Source: Patescibacteria group bacterium
Lineage (GTDB): Bacteria; Patescibacteriota; Patescibacteriia; 2-12-FULL-60-25
NCBI GenBank assembly: GCA_043805355.1
Contig: JAZDIB010000016.1
Span: forward strand, 1 to 38,668
DNA length: 38,668 nucleotides
Reading direction: 5' to 3'
A program made the translations under genes and the position numbers. This document shows positions 15,285 through 22,920 of the stretch, in pieces. A model generated the notes under the pieces. The model saw nothing but the letters and a program-made list of their open reading frames with translations, made no database searches and had not been told where the DNA came from. Each line of letters begins with the position of its first letter. The stretch's first letter is position 1.

Positions 15285-16229
15285 CTAGAGATAATCCGCG
15301 AGTTCTTCGGCGTTTTTCAGCTTCACGATTTCCGGAAACGGGAGGCGACAGCGGGCGGATTCGTCCAGGAAGACGCTGATCGCCCTCTTGCCGCAGATGA
15401 CCACAGCGGCGAGCGCCATGGTCTCGACGCCGACGACGACCGGAGCGGACGCGATATCCTCGCACAGCGTCCTGCCATCCGAAACGCGGATGTCGAGCGA
15501 CGCGCCGGATGCGGCAACGACCGCATCGAATTTCCCGCGCGGCTCGGCCGGGTGGAGGCGGATGATCAGCCGACGGTCCGGGGCATGCCGGACGACGACG
15601 CCGATGACGGCCTCGAGGACCTCGGTCTCCGTGAACGAGATCGGTTCCATGTCGCCGAGCGCGTTGACGCCCGAGTCGATCGGTTCGCTGACGAACAGAA
15701 TCGCCTGTGGATCTTCCGTAATCTTCCGCATCGCCTCCGCGAATTCCTCCTTCATCTCCACGAAGGCCTGGTTCGGGACAAGGCGGACCGTGCGGCCCGA
15801 AAAATCCCTTTGCGCGATCTCGACCGCATGCGAATCCCCGACCCATAGCTCGTCAGGCAGATTCCGTTCCCATCCTTCATGCGGATATAGGAATCGCTCC
15901 CGGTAGTTCACCCAGTGGTCCAGATAGCTGACGGTCGGGATGCCGCGTGCCTTGGCGGCGCGGATGAGGTCGGTCTCGAAGGAAGACGACCAACTCGGAT
16001 TCGCGATGACCATCTCGAGCGGTCCGCACCTCTCGAGGAGCGCCTCCGCGTCGGCATCGTCCGGATACGCCATGAACGGGACTCCTTTCCTCGTGAACGG
16101 CTTGATCGCGGCGCCGGACGCGTGGCAGATCCACGTCTTCTCGTCCCGATGCCGCTTGATGTATGCCGAAACGACGTCCGCGTCGCCCGCGCACCCGCTC
16201 GCGACCAGGACCTTCGGCGCCGGACTCAT
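15285..16229 (-). CDS. Uncharacterised two-Rossmann-domain (GT-B-like) protein; candidate PseG substitute or CMP-ulosonate transferase
   Basis: 314-aa well-formed ORF. The second half shows ILFVSEP...LIIRLHPAEP...VVVGVETMALAAVVICGKRAISVF. This is the same order of elements as the C-terminal half of the KpsS-like protein at 27629-29143. ATGA overlap with the ACP gene upstream. Confidence 0.35.
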   Translation of the reverse strand: MSPAPKVLVASGCAGDADVVSAYIKRHRDEKTWICHASGAAIKPFTRKGVPFMAYPDDADAEALLERCGPLEMVIANPSWSSSFETDLIRAAKARGIPTVSYLDHWVNYRERFLYPHEGWERNLPDELWVGDSHAVEIAQRDFSGRTVRLVPNQAFVEMKEEFAEAMRKITEDPQAILFVSEPIDSGVNALGDMEPISFTETEVLEAVIGVVVRHAPDRRLIIRLHPAEPRGKFDAVVAASGASLDIRVSDGRTLCEDIASAPVVVGVETMALAAVVICGKRAISVFLDESARCRLPFPEIVKLKNAEELADYL

Positions 16230-16483
16230 GCGAGGTGCCGCTCAATCGTCCCGATCAGCCCCCGTATCGTGCCGAAATCCTCATCCTGAAAATCCTCGTT
16301 CGTGAAACGGAAGTCGAATCGCGTTTCGGCGACCGACACGAAGGAGATGAACTTGAAGGAATCGACCCACTTCTCGACGAAATAGTTCACGTCAAGCTGC
16401 CGTTCGAGATCCTCGGAGGAGCGGCCCGTCTCCGTGACGAACCATTGTTTGACGAATTCCGCGACCTGATTCGAGGGGTCCAT
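16226..16483 (-). CDS. Acyl carrier protein (phosphopantetheine-binding, stand-alone)
   Basis: ATG at 16483 inside track ORF 16226-17095. 85 aa and acidic. The motif WVDSFKFISFV places the attachment Ser at residue 42. Confidence 0.75.
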   Translation of the reverse strand: MDPSNQVAEFVKQWFVTETGRSSEDLERQLDVNYFVEKWVDSFKFISFVSVAETRFDFRFTNEDFQDEDFGTIRGLIGTIERHLA

Positions 16484-16488
16484 ATGCG

Positions 16489-17169
16489 TCAGGAAAAAAG
16501 GAAGACGCGCGCGGGCGACCCGTCCGCCCCCCGGATCTTGAGGGGAACCGCGGCGATCGACCATCCTTCGAGCCGAGTCACGTCCTCGAGATTCGCCACG
16601 TACTCGACCATCACGACCCCGGCGCCGAGCAGGAGCTTGTGGATGGGCGAATCCTTGGGACTGCCGAGGTTCTCCCCCCTGAGAACGATGCGGCTGTCGT
16701 CCGGCGAGGGAGTGTCCATCGCGACCAGTTCGATGCCCTGGTCGATGAGATACCGTGCGGCCTCCTCCTCGAGATATGGATACCCCTGATAGAATCGGGG
16801 CGACCCCCAGTGCTTCCCCCATCCGTATTTCAGGAGGACCTTCCTGGTCGTGAGACTCCCCTTCAGCATGCCGGCGGTGACCGAGGCGTTCTCCCCCAAC
16901 CCGGTGAAATCGAGAATCGTCACGGGTCCGAACAGCCGTTCGAGCGGAAGCTCGTGGATCGCCTTCCCGCCGGGGATGAAGTGGAGCGGGGCATCGACGT
17001 GCGTGCCCGAATGCGAACCGAACGTGACTTTCCGTGTTTCCCTCCCTTCCTTGCCGTGCGTACCCATCCGCTCGATGGAGACCGTGGGATGCCATGAAGA
17101 CCCGAAGGTCAGCATGCCTTCGTGGATCTCGTGCGTGAGGTCAATCATCTCGTGGGTTTCGGGCGACAT
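16489..17169 (-). CDS. Cyclase-family metal-dependent hydrolase (kynurenine formamidase fold)
   Basis: 226 aa with the family signature HSGTHVDAPLHF, plus MDTPSPD. Confidence 0.75.
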   Translation of the reverse strand: MSPETHEMIDLTHEIHEGMLTFGSSWHPTVSIERMGTHGKEGRETRKVTFGSHSGTHVDAPLHFIPGGKAIHELPLERLFGPVTILDFTGLGENASVTAGMLKGSLTTRKVLLKYGWGKHWGSPRFYQGYPYLEEEAARYLIDQGIELVAMDTPSPDDSRIVLRGENLGSPKDSPIHKLLLGAGVVMVEYVANLEDVTRLEGWSIAAVPLKIRGADGSPARVFLFS

Positions 17170-17175
17170 ATCCGG

Positions 17176-18369
17176 TTACGGTACATCCTTCTCGTCCTCC
17201 GGGGCAATCTCCACGAACCTCCGCAGCCGCCTGACGAATTCCGCGATGTCCTGGTTCGAGACGGCAAGGCAGACGCGCAGATACCCCTCGCCCACGTCCC
17301 CGAACGCGATGCCGGGGACGGTCGACACCGATTCCTGTTCGAGGAACAGGGAGGCGAACCGCGCCGAGGAGGCCATGACCTGACGGATGTCGATGAACGC
17401 GTAGATCCCACCCTGGGGGCGGACCATCCCGATGCGCGGAATCGTCCGGCACTCCCGTTCCAGATCGTCGAGGTTGCGCTGGTACTGATCCAAGGAGAAC
17501 CGGACGAACGATTCCTCGTCGCGGAGCGCCTGCAATGCGCCGTACTGGAGAAAGGTCGTGGGGCACGTGACGGAATTCTGCTGGAGCCTGTCGATGGCGT
17601 CGATCATGTCTCCCGAGGCGAATACGAAGCCGAGCCGCCAGCCGGCCATCGCATAACTCTTCGAGAACCCATCGACGACGATCCCGTGGTCGAGCTTCGG
17701 GTCGACCTGATGCAGCGAATGGTGCTCGTGCCCCCGGAAGAGGAGACGGCCGTAAATCTCGTCCGAGATCAGGAGGATGCCGCTCCGCGCGCAGAGCCGA
17801 TGGAGGTCCTTGAGCGCCGCGAGGCCGATGGCATGCCCCGTCGGGTTGTTCGGGCTGTTGAGGATCAGGGCCTTCGTCCGTGGCGTGACCTTAGATTCCA
17901 CCGCATCGATCGCCGGGGCGAATCCGTCCGCGCCCGAGAGTCCGACGTGGACGGGGACGCCATCCGCCAGCTTAATCATCTCGTCATAACTGACCCATGC
18001 GGGAGTCATGACGATGACCTCGTCCCCGGGGTCGAGCGTCGCGAGGAGCGCATAGAGGATCGCCTGCTTCGCGCCTGGCGTGACGATAACGTTCCGATCC
18101 GGATCCAGTTCGACGCCAAACCGATCCCGAGCCATCCCGCAGAGGGCCTGCCTCAGCTCCGGCACTCCGCGGCTGTGGCTATACCCCGTCAGCCCGCGCT
18201 CGAGCGCGTCGATCGCCGCCTTCCGTATCCCCGGGGGCGTCGGGAAATTCGGCTCCCCCGTCTCCATGCGGAGGACGGGCGTCCCGCTCCGTTCCAGTTC
18301 ACGCGCGCGGTTGGCGAGCGCGACGATGGACGACGGGTTCAACTGCAGGGATCGTCTGGAAAATTTCAT
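17176..18369 (-). CDS. Class I/II PLP-dependent aminotransferase (aspartate/aromatic aminotransferase-like)
   Basis: 397 aa with NSPNNPTG and SKSYAMAGWRLG (PLP lysine). Confidence 0.9.
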   Translation of the reverse strand: MKFSRRSLQLNPSSIVALANRARELERSGTPVLRMETGEPNFPTPPGIRKAAIDALERGLTGYSHSRGVPELRQALCGMARDRFGVELDPDRNVIVTPGAKQAILYALLATLDPGDEVIVMTPAWVSYDEMIKLADGVPVHVGLSGADGFAPAIDAVESKVTPRTKALILNSPNNPTGHAIGLAALKDLHRLCARSGILLISDEIYGRLLFRGHEHHSLHQVDPKLDHGIVVDGFSKSYAMAGWRLGFVFASGDMIDAIDRLQQNSVTCPTTFLQYGALQALRDEESFVRFSLDQYQRNLDDLERECRTIPRIGMVRPQGGIYAFIDIRQVMASSARFASLFLEQESVSTVPGIAFGDVGEGYLRVCLAVSNQDIAEFVRRLRRFVEIAPEDEKDVP

Positions 18370-19139
18370 ACCTTCCGGGTCTGATGGACGACCGAGAAGA
18401 CCTCGGCGATCTCGCCATGGTCCCCGTATGCGAAAAAGACGTCGAGCCCCTTCCCGTCGATGACGACGGACTCGATGGGGGTCACGGAGATGCCGTCGCA
18501 GATCAGTCGTTCGCGCTCATGTCCCGCATCGGTCGCGACGAAGGCGAGGCAGCTGAACCCCGTCACGTCGAGCCGCGGTGCGGTCCCGGCGTCCGCGCGC
18601 GACCGCACCTCGAGCGTACAGACCCGGCCGGCGAACGGGGAATCCCACCGGAGCTCGTTCCCGAGCGTGCCTTCCATCGCCTCCACGAAACCGAAGGACC
18701 GCCAGAATCCGATGGTCCTGGCGGGATCCGACGTGACGGACACCAGTCGGTCGAAGACGAGACGCGCGCGCGGAGCTGTCCCGCGGACCTCGGCCCGGAA
18801 TTCGAGTGGGCCCGCCGAGACCGTCACGTGACCGTCTCCGGTCGTCCCGTCGTCGCGGACCGTCCACTCCGAAGGGATGTCGCCGAAAGACGGCATCAGG
18901 TTCGACTCGCCGGAAGACTCGTCATGATCGTGGATGAGCTCGATGGGGATGCTCGCGTCCGCACCCATCAGGACCAGGTCCTGGGTCGGCGCGCGCCGCG
19001 TCAGGAACGGCTCCTTGATAGCGGGATTCCCGATCCGACGTTCGACGAACCGCGTGACGTAGCCCGCGGATTCGAAAATGCCCGCGTCACGTGTGACGTC
19101 TTCCGAGACGAAGGCGACGTGGTCGATGCCGATAATCAT
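18366..19139 (-). CDS. Two-module VOC-superfamily protein (glyoxalase/dioxygenase/epimerase fold)
   Basis: 257 aa. IGIDHVAFVSEDV opens module 1. FDRLVSVTSDP...GFSCLAFVATD forms module 2. ATGA overlaps at both ends. Confidence 0.6.
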   Translation of the reverse strand: MIIGIDHVAFVSEDVTRDAGIFESAGYVTRFVERRIGNPAIKEPFLTRRAPTQDLVLMGADASIPIELIHDHDESSGESNLMPSFGDIPSEWTVRDDGTTGDGHVTVSAGPLEFRAEVRGTAPRARLVFDRLVSVTSDPARTIGFWRSFGFVEAMEGTLGNELRWDSPFAGRVCTLEVRSRADAGTAPRLDVTGFSCLAFVATDAGHERERLICDGISVTPIESVVIDGKGLDVFFAYGDHGEIAEVFSVVHQTRKV

Positions 19140-20644
19140 GTCTTGCCCGAAGCGTTACCATATAACGCTCTCAAGGCACGCATGTCAATCTTCCCGTTGA
19201 TGTTCCTCGGGACATCGTCCAGACGGAAGAACTCGTCGATGCGGCACGCGGGGCCGAGGCGTTCGACGACGCGTGCGCCGATCGTGCCGAGCGACCGCTC
19301 GGTGAACCGGCCCTCCCGCGGCACGTACATGCAGACGGTCTTCTCGCCGAGGGAGCCGTCAGGGATCCCCAAGACGACCGCGGATTCGATCTCATCGCTG
19401 TCCGCGAGGACGGACTCGATCGACCTCGGACTGATGTTGATCCCTCCGCGGATGATGATGTCCTTCTTCCTCCCCGTGATTGCCAGATGTCCATGCGCGT
19501 CGACCGTCCCGATGTCCCCGGAGTCGAAGGTCTGTCCACGATCGCGATCGCCGTCCGTCTCGTGTCGATATCCCTGGAACATCCATTCCGCCCGGATGCG
19601 GATCTCGTCGTCCGGTCCGAACGTCACCTCGACACCGTCCAACGGCGATCCGACGCCCCCTTCCGCGCATCGGTCCCCTGGGCGTTCGGTCGAAACGAAC
19701 AGCGTCTCCGACAGGCCGTAGCTCTCGTACAGCTCGATGCCGTACCTCTCCATGAACATCTTCTTCGTGCGGGGATCGAGCGGCGCGGTGCCCACGCATC
19801 CCATCACCCGCGCCTGCCGCGCGTAGTCCGCCCCCAGTGTGCCGCGATCGACCTTGAGGAGGATCGACAGGATGGCGGGGATGAACCAGAACGTGTTGAC
19901 GCGATGGCGGATCGGGTCGTCCCAGAACGACAGGGCCGAGGAGATGGAGAACCGGTCGCCGACCACAATCGAGCTCCCCGACAGCAAGGGCATCAGCCAC
20001 AAGTTCAGGATACCCGCCATATAGGTCATCGGCAGGTCGTGGTAGAAGACGTTCCCCTCATCGAACGAGAAGCGTTCCGCGAAACGACGTGCGCTGAGCG
20101 CGAGGTTCCCGAACGAGTGCCTGACGCCTTTCGGGACGCCCGTCGATCCCGACGTGAACGCGATAAGGAACGTCGATGCCGCGTCGACCGTCAGGAGCGC
20201 GTCGACGGACGCGGACGGTCCCCCGCCCGACGTGGGTCCGAGCGGGACGAGGTCGGCCGGATCGATCGTCGTCCGTGCGGCCCCCGCCCGTTCCGGCACA
20301 TCGGTGATGAGAAGCTTCACGTCGATCTGCGAAAGGATACCTTCGACCTCGTCCTTGCCTTTGAGCGGGTCGATCGGCACGACCGTATACCCGCCGAGGA
20401 GCGACGCGAGATACAGGACGAGGAGCCGGACGGAGTTCCCCATTATCAGCACGACGGTCTCTCCCCCGGCCAATCCGTGGGCACGAAGACGGGCAGCGCA
20501 GGAGACCGCCTCGTCGAGATATTCCCGATACGTCCATGAACGGCCGTCATGCGCATCTATGAGGCACGACGCATCCGCATGCGCCCGAAACGCCTCCACG
20601 AGCGCATCGACGCTAGGCTGGACGTTCCTGTTCTCCGCCGACAT
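19136..20644 (-). CDS. Adenylate-forming acyl/aminoacyl ligase (AMP-binding superfamily)
   Basis: Motifs FTSGSTGVPKGV, YGLSET, SGDIG and TGRKKDIIIRGGINISPRSIE. First ATG at 20644 (32-nt overlap with the aldolase gene). The track start at 20686 is a GTG. Confidence 0.9.
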   Translation of the reverse strand: MSAENRNVQPSVDALVEAFRAHADASCLIDAHDGRSWTYREYLDEAVSCAARLRAHGLAGGETVVLIMGNSVRLLVLYLASLLGGYTVVPIDPLKGKDEVEGILSQIDVKLLITDVPERAGAARTTIDPADLVPLGPTSGGGPSASVDALLTVDAASTFLIAFTSGSTGVPKGVRHSFGNLALSARRFAERFSFDEGNVFYHDLPMTYMAGILNLWLMPLLSGSSIVVGDRFSISSALSFWDDPIRHRVNTFWFIPAILSILLKVDRGTLGADYARQARVMGCVGTAPLDPRTKKMFMERYGIELYESYGLSETLFVSTERPGDRCAEGGVGSPLDGVEVTFGPDDEIRIRAEWMFQGYRHETDGDRDRGQTFDSGDIGTVDAHGHLAITGRKKDIIIRGGINISPRSIESVLADSDEIESAVVLGIPDGSLGEKTVCMYVPREGRFTERSLGTIGARVVERLGPACRIDEFFRLDDVPRNINGKIDMRALRALYGNASGKT

Positions 20645-21674
20645 ATCTGTCGAATCCGAATTTCCCGAAATAGATCTCCTCGCCACCCTGCATCCTCTTC
20701 GCGATGTCCTCGAGCTTCGCGACGTCGAGGTTGACCTTGTCGATCTTGCACATCTCGATGATGAGCAGGATGGGGTTGACGTTGAACTTCGCCGCGCATG
20801 CCTGGATGTGCGGCATGTAGCTCGAATGGAATTCGGCGAATCCCGACGTGATGTCGAGCGGCATCCGTCCCCTCACCCTCAACAGGGGCTGGATATAGTC
20901 CTGCCCAATCTCGAAGAGCTTCAGGATGTCGAGGTCCATGTGGTATCCCCGTTTCAGCAGGGCGGCGACGAGGATCTCGGTCACGGCGTTGCCCGCGCTC
21001 CTGCCGAGCCCCTGCAACGACGCGTCGACGAACTGGATACCCATGTCCGCGGCCGCGATGCTGTTCGAGACCGCCAGGCCAAGGTTGTCGTGCGCATGGA
21101 ATCCGACCGGGATATCCGACACCGCCCGGATCGCCTTGAAATACCTCTCGATGTCCTCGGCGAACATCCCTCCGGCCGAATCGACGATGTACACCATGTC
21201 CGCGCCATATCCTTCGGACAGCTTCACGTTCCTCGCGAATTCCTCCGGGGAGACGGCGTAGGATTTCATGTAGTTCGCGGCGACGAACATGCCGTGCCGC
21301 TTCGCCGTCCTGATGAACGGCTCCGATGCGGGAACGTCGGACACGTTCGTCCCGATCCTGACGAAGCCCATCCCGTGGCGTTTCGCGAGATCGAGGTCCT
21401 CCAGCCTGGCGATACCCGGGATGCAGAACATCCCGTATGTCGCCTTCGTAAGGACCTGTTCCGCGGCGATCATATATTCCTCGTCGGACTGGATCGCGCG
21501 TCCGAACCCGGATTCGCTTGCATGTAGGCCGACGCCGTGGCCGATTTCGATATATTCCACGCCGGCGTCCTCGAGCCGGCGGCAGATGAGGCGGACGTCC
21601 GAGGAGGTGAACGAAAAATCGATCTCGTAGCTCCCGTCCCGGATCGTCGTCTCGAGCAATGTGACGGTCTTCAT
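20613..21674 (-). CDS. HMGL-family pyruvate-dependent aldolase with a DmpG-type C-terminal domain (4-hydroxy-2-oxovalerate aldolase-like)
   Basis: ATG at 21674 (MKTVTLLETTIRDGSY). Motifs FHAHDNLGLAVSNS, GLGRSAGNA and a C-terminal GFAEFHSSYMPHIQACAAKF segment. No acetaldehyde dehydrogenase (DmpF) partner is present in the window. Confidence 0.8.
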   Translation of the reverse strand: MKTVTLLETTIRDGSYEIDFSFTSSDVRLICRRLEDAGVEYIEIGHGVGLHASESGFGRAIQSDEEYMIAAEQVLTKATYGMFCIPGIARLEDLDLAKRHGMGFVRIGTNVSDVPASEPFIRTAKRHGMFVAANYMKSYAVSPEEFARNVKLSEGYGADMVYIVDSAGGMFAEDIERYFKAIRAVSDIPVGFHAHDNLGLAVSNSIAAADMGIQFVDASLQGLGRSAGNAVTEILVAALLKRGYHMDLDILKLFEIGQDYIQPLLRVRGRMPLDITSGFAEFHSSYMPHIQACAAKFNVNPILLIIEMCKIDKVNLDVAKLEDIAKRMQGGEEIYFGKFGFDRYVGGEQERPA

Positions 21675-22132
21675 AGGGTCTTGTCGTCGATAAACGCGAC
21701 CGCGATCGCGTAGCCGTCCGCATGGGACAGGCTCAGTTTCAGAAAACAGCGACACGCGTCGTCGAGATGCAGTTCGACCCCGGGAGCGCCGTCCGCATCC
21801 GTCGTGATCGCGATCTTGGCGTATTCGGCCGGGGTGAACCGACGTCCCATCACGGAGCCAAGCGCCTTCATGACGGCCTCCTTCCCTGCATATCGGGCCG
21901 CGAGATGCTGCGCCGGATTCGCCTTCGAGAAGCAGTACGCGATCTCCTCGGACGTGAAGACGCGTTCGATCAGAGAGCTTCGTCTCGCGAGCCCCTTGAA
22001 CCGTCCGATGGATTCGATATCTACCCCGATGGAGGGGAAATCGTGCGGACCTGAAGGACGGGCTTCGCGGCGCGCAGCCTTCCGCTTGGGCGTCTTCGAT
22101 TCAGGACGCCGGCTCTCGGGAAGTCGTTTCAT
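21671..22132 (-). CDS. acpS: Holo-ACP synthase (AcpS-type 4'-phosphopantetheinyl transferase) with a basic N-terminal extension
   Basis: ATG at 22132, in an ATGA overlap with the upstream stop. IGVDIESIGRF and ARYAGKEAVMKALG are present. About 35 K/R/P-rich residues precede the core. Confidence 0.8.
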   Translation of the reverse strand: MKRLPESRRPESKTPKRKAARREARPSGPHDFPSIGVDIESIGRFKGLARRSSLIERVFTSEEIAYCFSKANPAQHLAARYAGKEAVMKALGSVMGRRFTPAEYAKIAITTDADGAPGVELHLDDACRCFLKLSLSHADGYAIAVAFIDDKTL

Positions 22133-22920
22133 TCGGTGACGTAAAAAGGTTCTTTCAGGAAAAAGCACGGATCGGTATCCAGGACCTTCATGCCCTGATC
22201 GAAACAGTCGGTGAAGTCGACCAGCTGGACCGGGGCGCCTGCGAACGTCGATGCCCGGACGAGGCCGAGCGAATCCATGTGCTTCTCGAAACGGGAAAAA
22301 TCGTACGGCTTCGATTTCCGGTTGCGCAGGAACGCGAGGAACGGGCCTTCGACGAGCTTCCCGTCACGATAGACCGGATGGAAGAACGCCTTGTGGTAGC
22401 AATGCGAGACGCCGTAGAGATGCTCGACGTAGTGGAGGAAGCTGCACGTTTCGCCCAACGTGATGCCCAGATAGAGGCACTTCGCCTTCAGGATATGCAG
22501 GCGATGGTACACGGACCCCCATCCGAACAGGGAACGCGAGACGCCGTCGCAGATGTCGTGGCTCTTCGAGCCGATGGCCGTGACCGAACCGATCGGATGG
22601 AAGGAACGGACGGCCCCGGGCATCCGTCGGATATGTTCGGTCAGGATCCCCGCCTCGGAAGGCGTCTCCTCATAGACGAACGGTTCGCCGTAGGTGCTGT
22701 ATCGCGTCGTATACGTGATGACGACGATCGTACCTTCGGGATATCCGACCGCATCGAGCAACGGGTCGAGAAAGATGCGGATGAATTCCTCCTGGTCCGA
22801 AGCGAGCCCCCCGAACCGGAAGAGGCGCGCATGGACGTAGACCGTATCGCCTTTCTGGATACCGATCCGCCCGAGGGTCTCCCTCAATTCCTGCGCGTGC
22901 GCGTTCGTCCCCATAGTCAC
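22129..22920 (-). CDS. AAC(3)-family (Antibiotic_NAT fold) N-acyltransferase
   Basis: 263 aa. GDTVYVHARLFRFGG, GTIVVITYT and RSFHPIGSVTAIG resemble aminoglycoside 3-N-acetyltransferases. The GTG at 22920 gives a GTGA overlap with the DegT stop; an alternative ATG is at 22914. Confidence 0.7.
   Translation of the reverse strand: MTMGTNAHAQELRETLGRIGIQKGDTVYVHARLFRFGGLASDQEEFIRIFLDPLLDAVGYPEGTIVVITYTTRYSTYGEPFVYEETPSEAGILTEHIRRMPGAVRSFHPIGSVTAIGSKSHDICDGVSRSLFGWGSVYHRLHILKAKCLYLGITLGETCSFLHYVEHLYGVSHCYHKAFFHPVYRDGKLVEGPFLAFLRNRKSKPYDFSRFEKHMDSLGLVRASTFAGAPVQLVDFTDCFDQGMKVLDTDPCFFLKEPFYVTE

Noticed and set aside
22129-22920. AAC(3)-like gene as an acquired aminoglycoside-resistance determinant
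   Set aside because: No mobile-element genes or compositional break surround it. It is start/stop-overlapped with biosynthetic genes on both sides. Resistance activity cannot be excluded without an assay.
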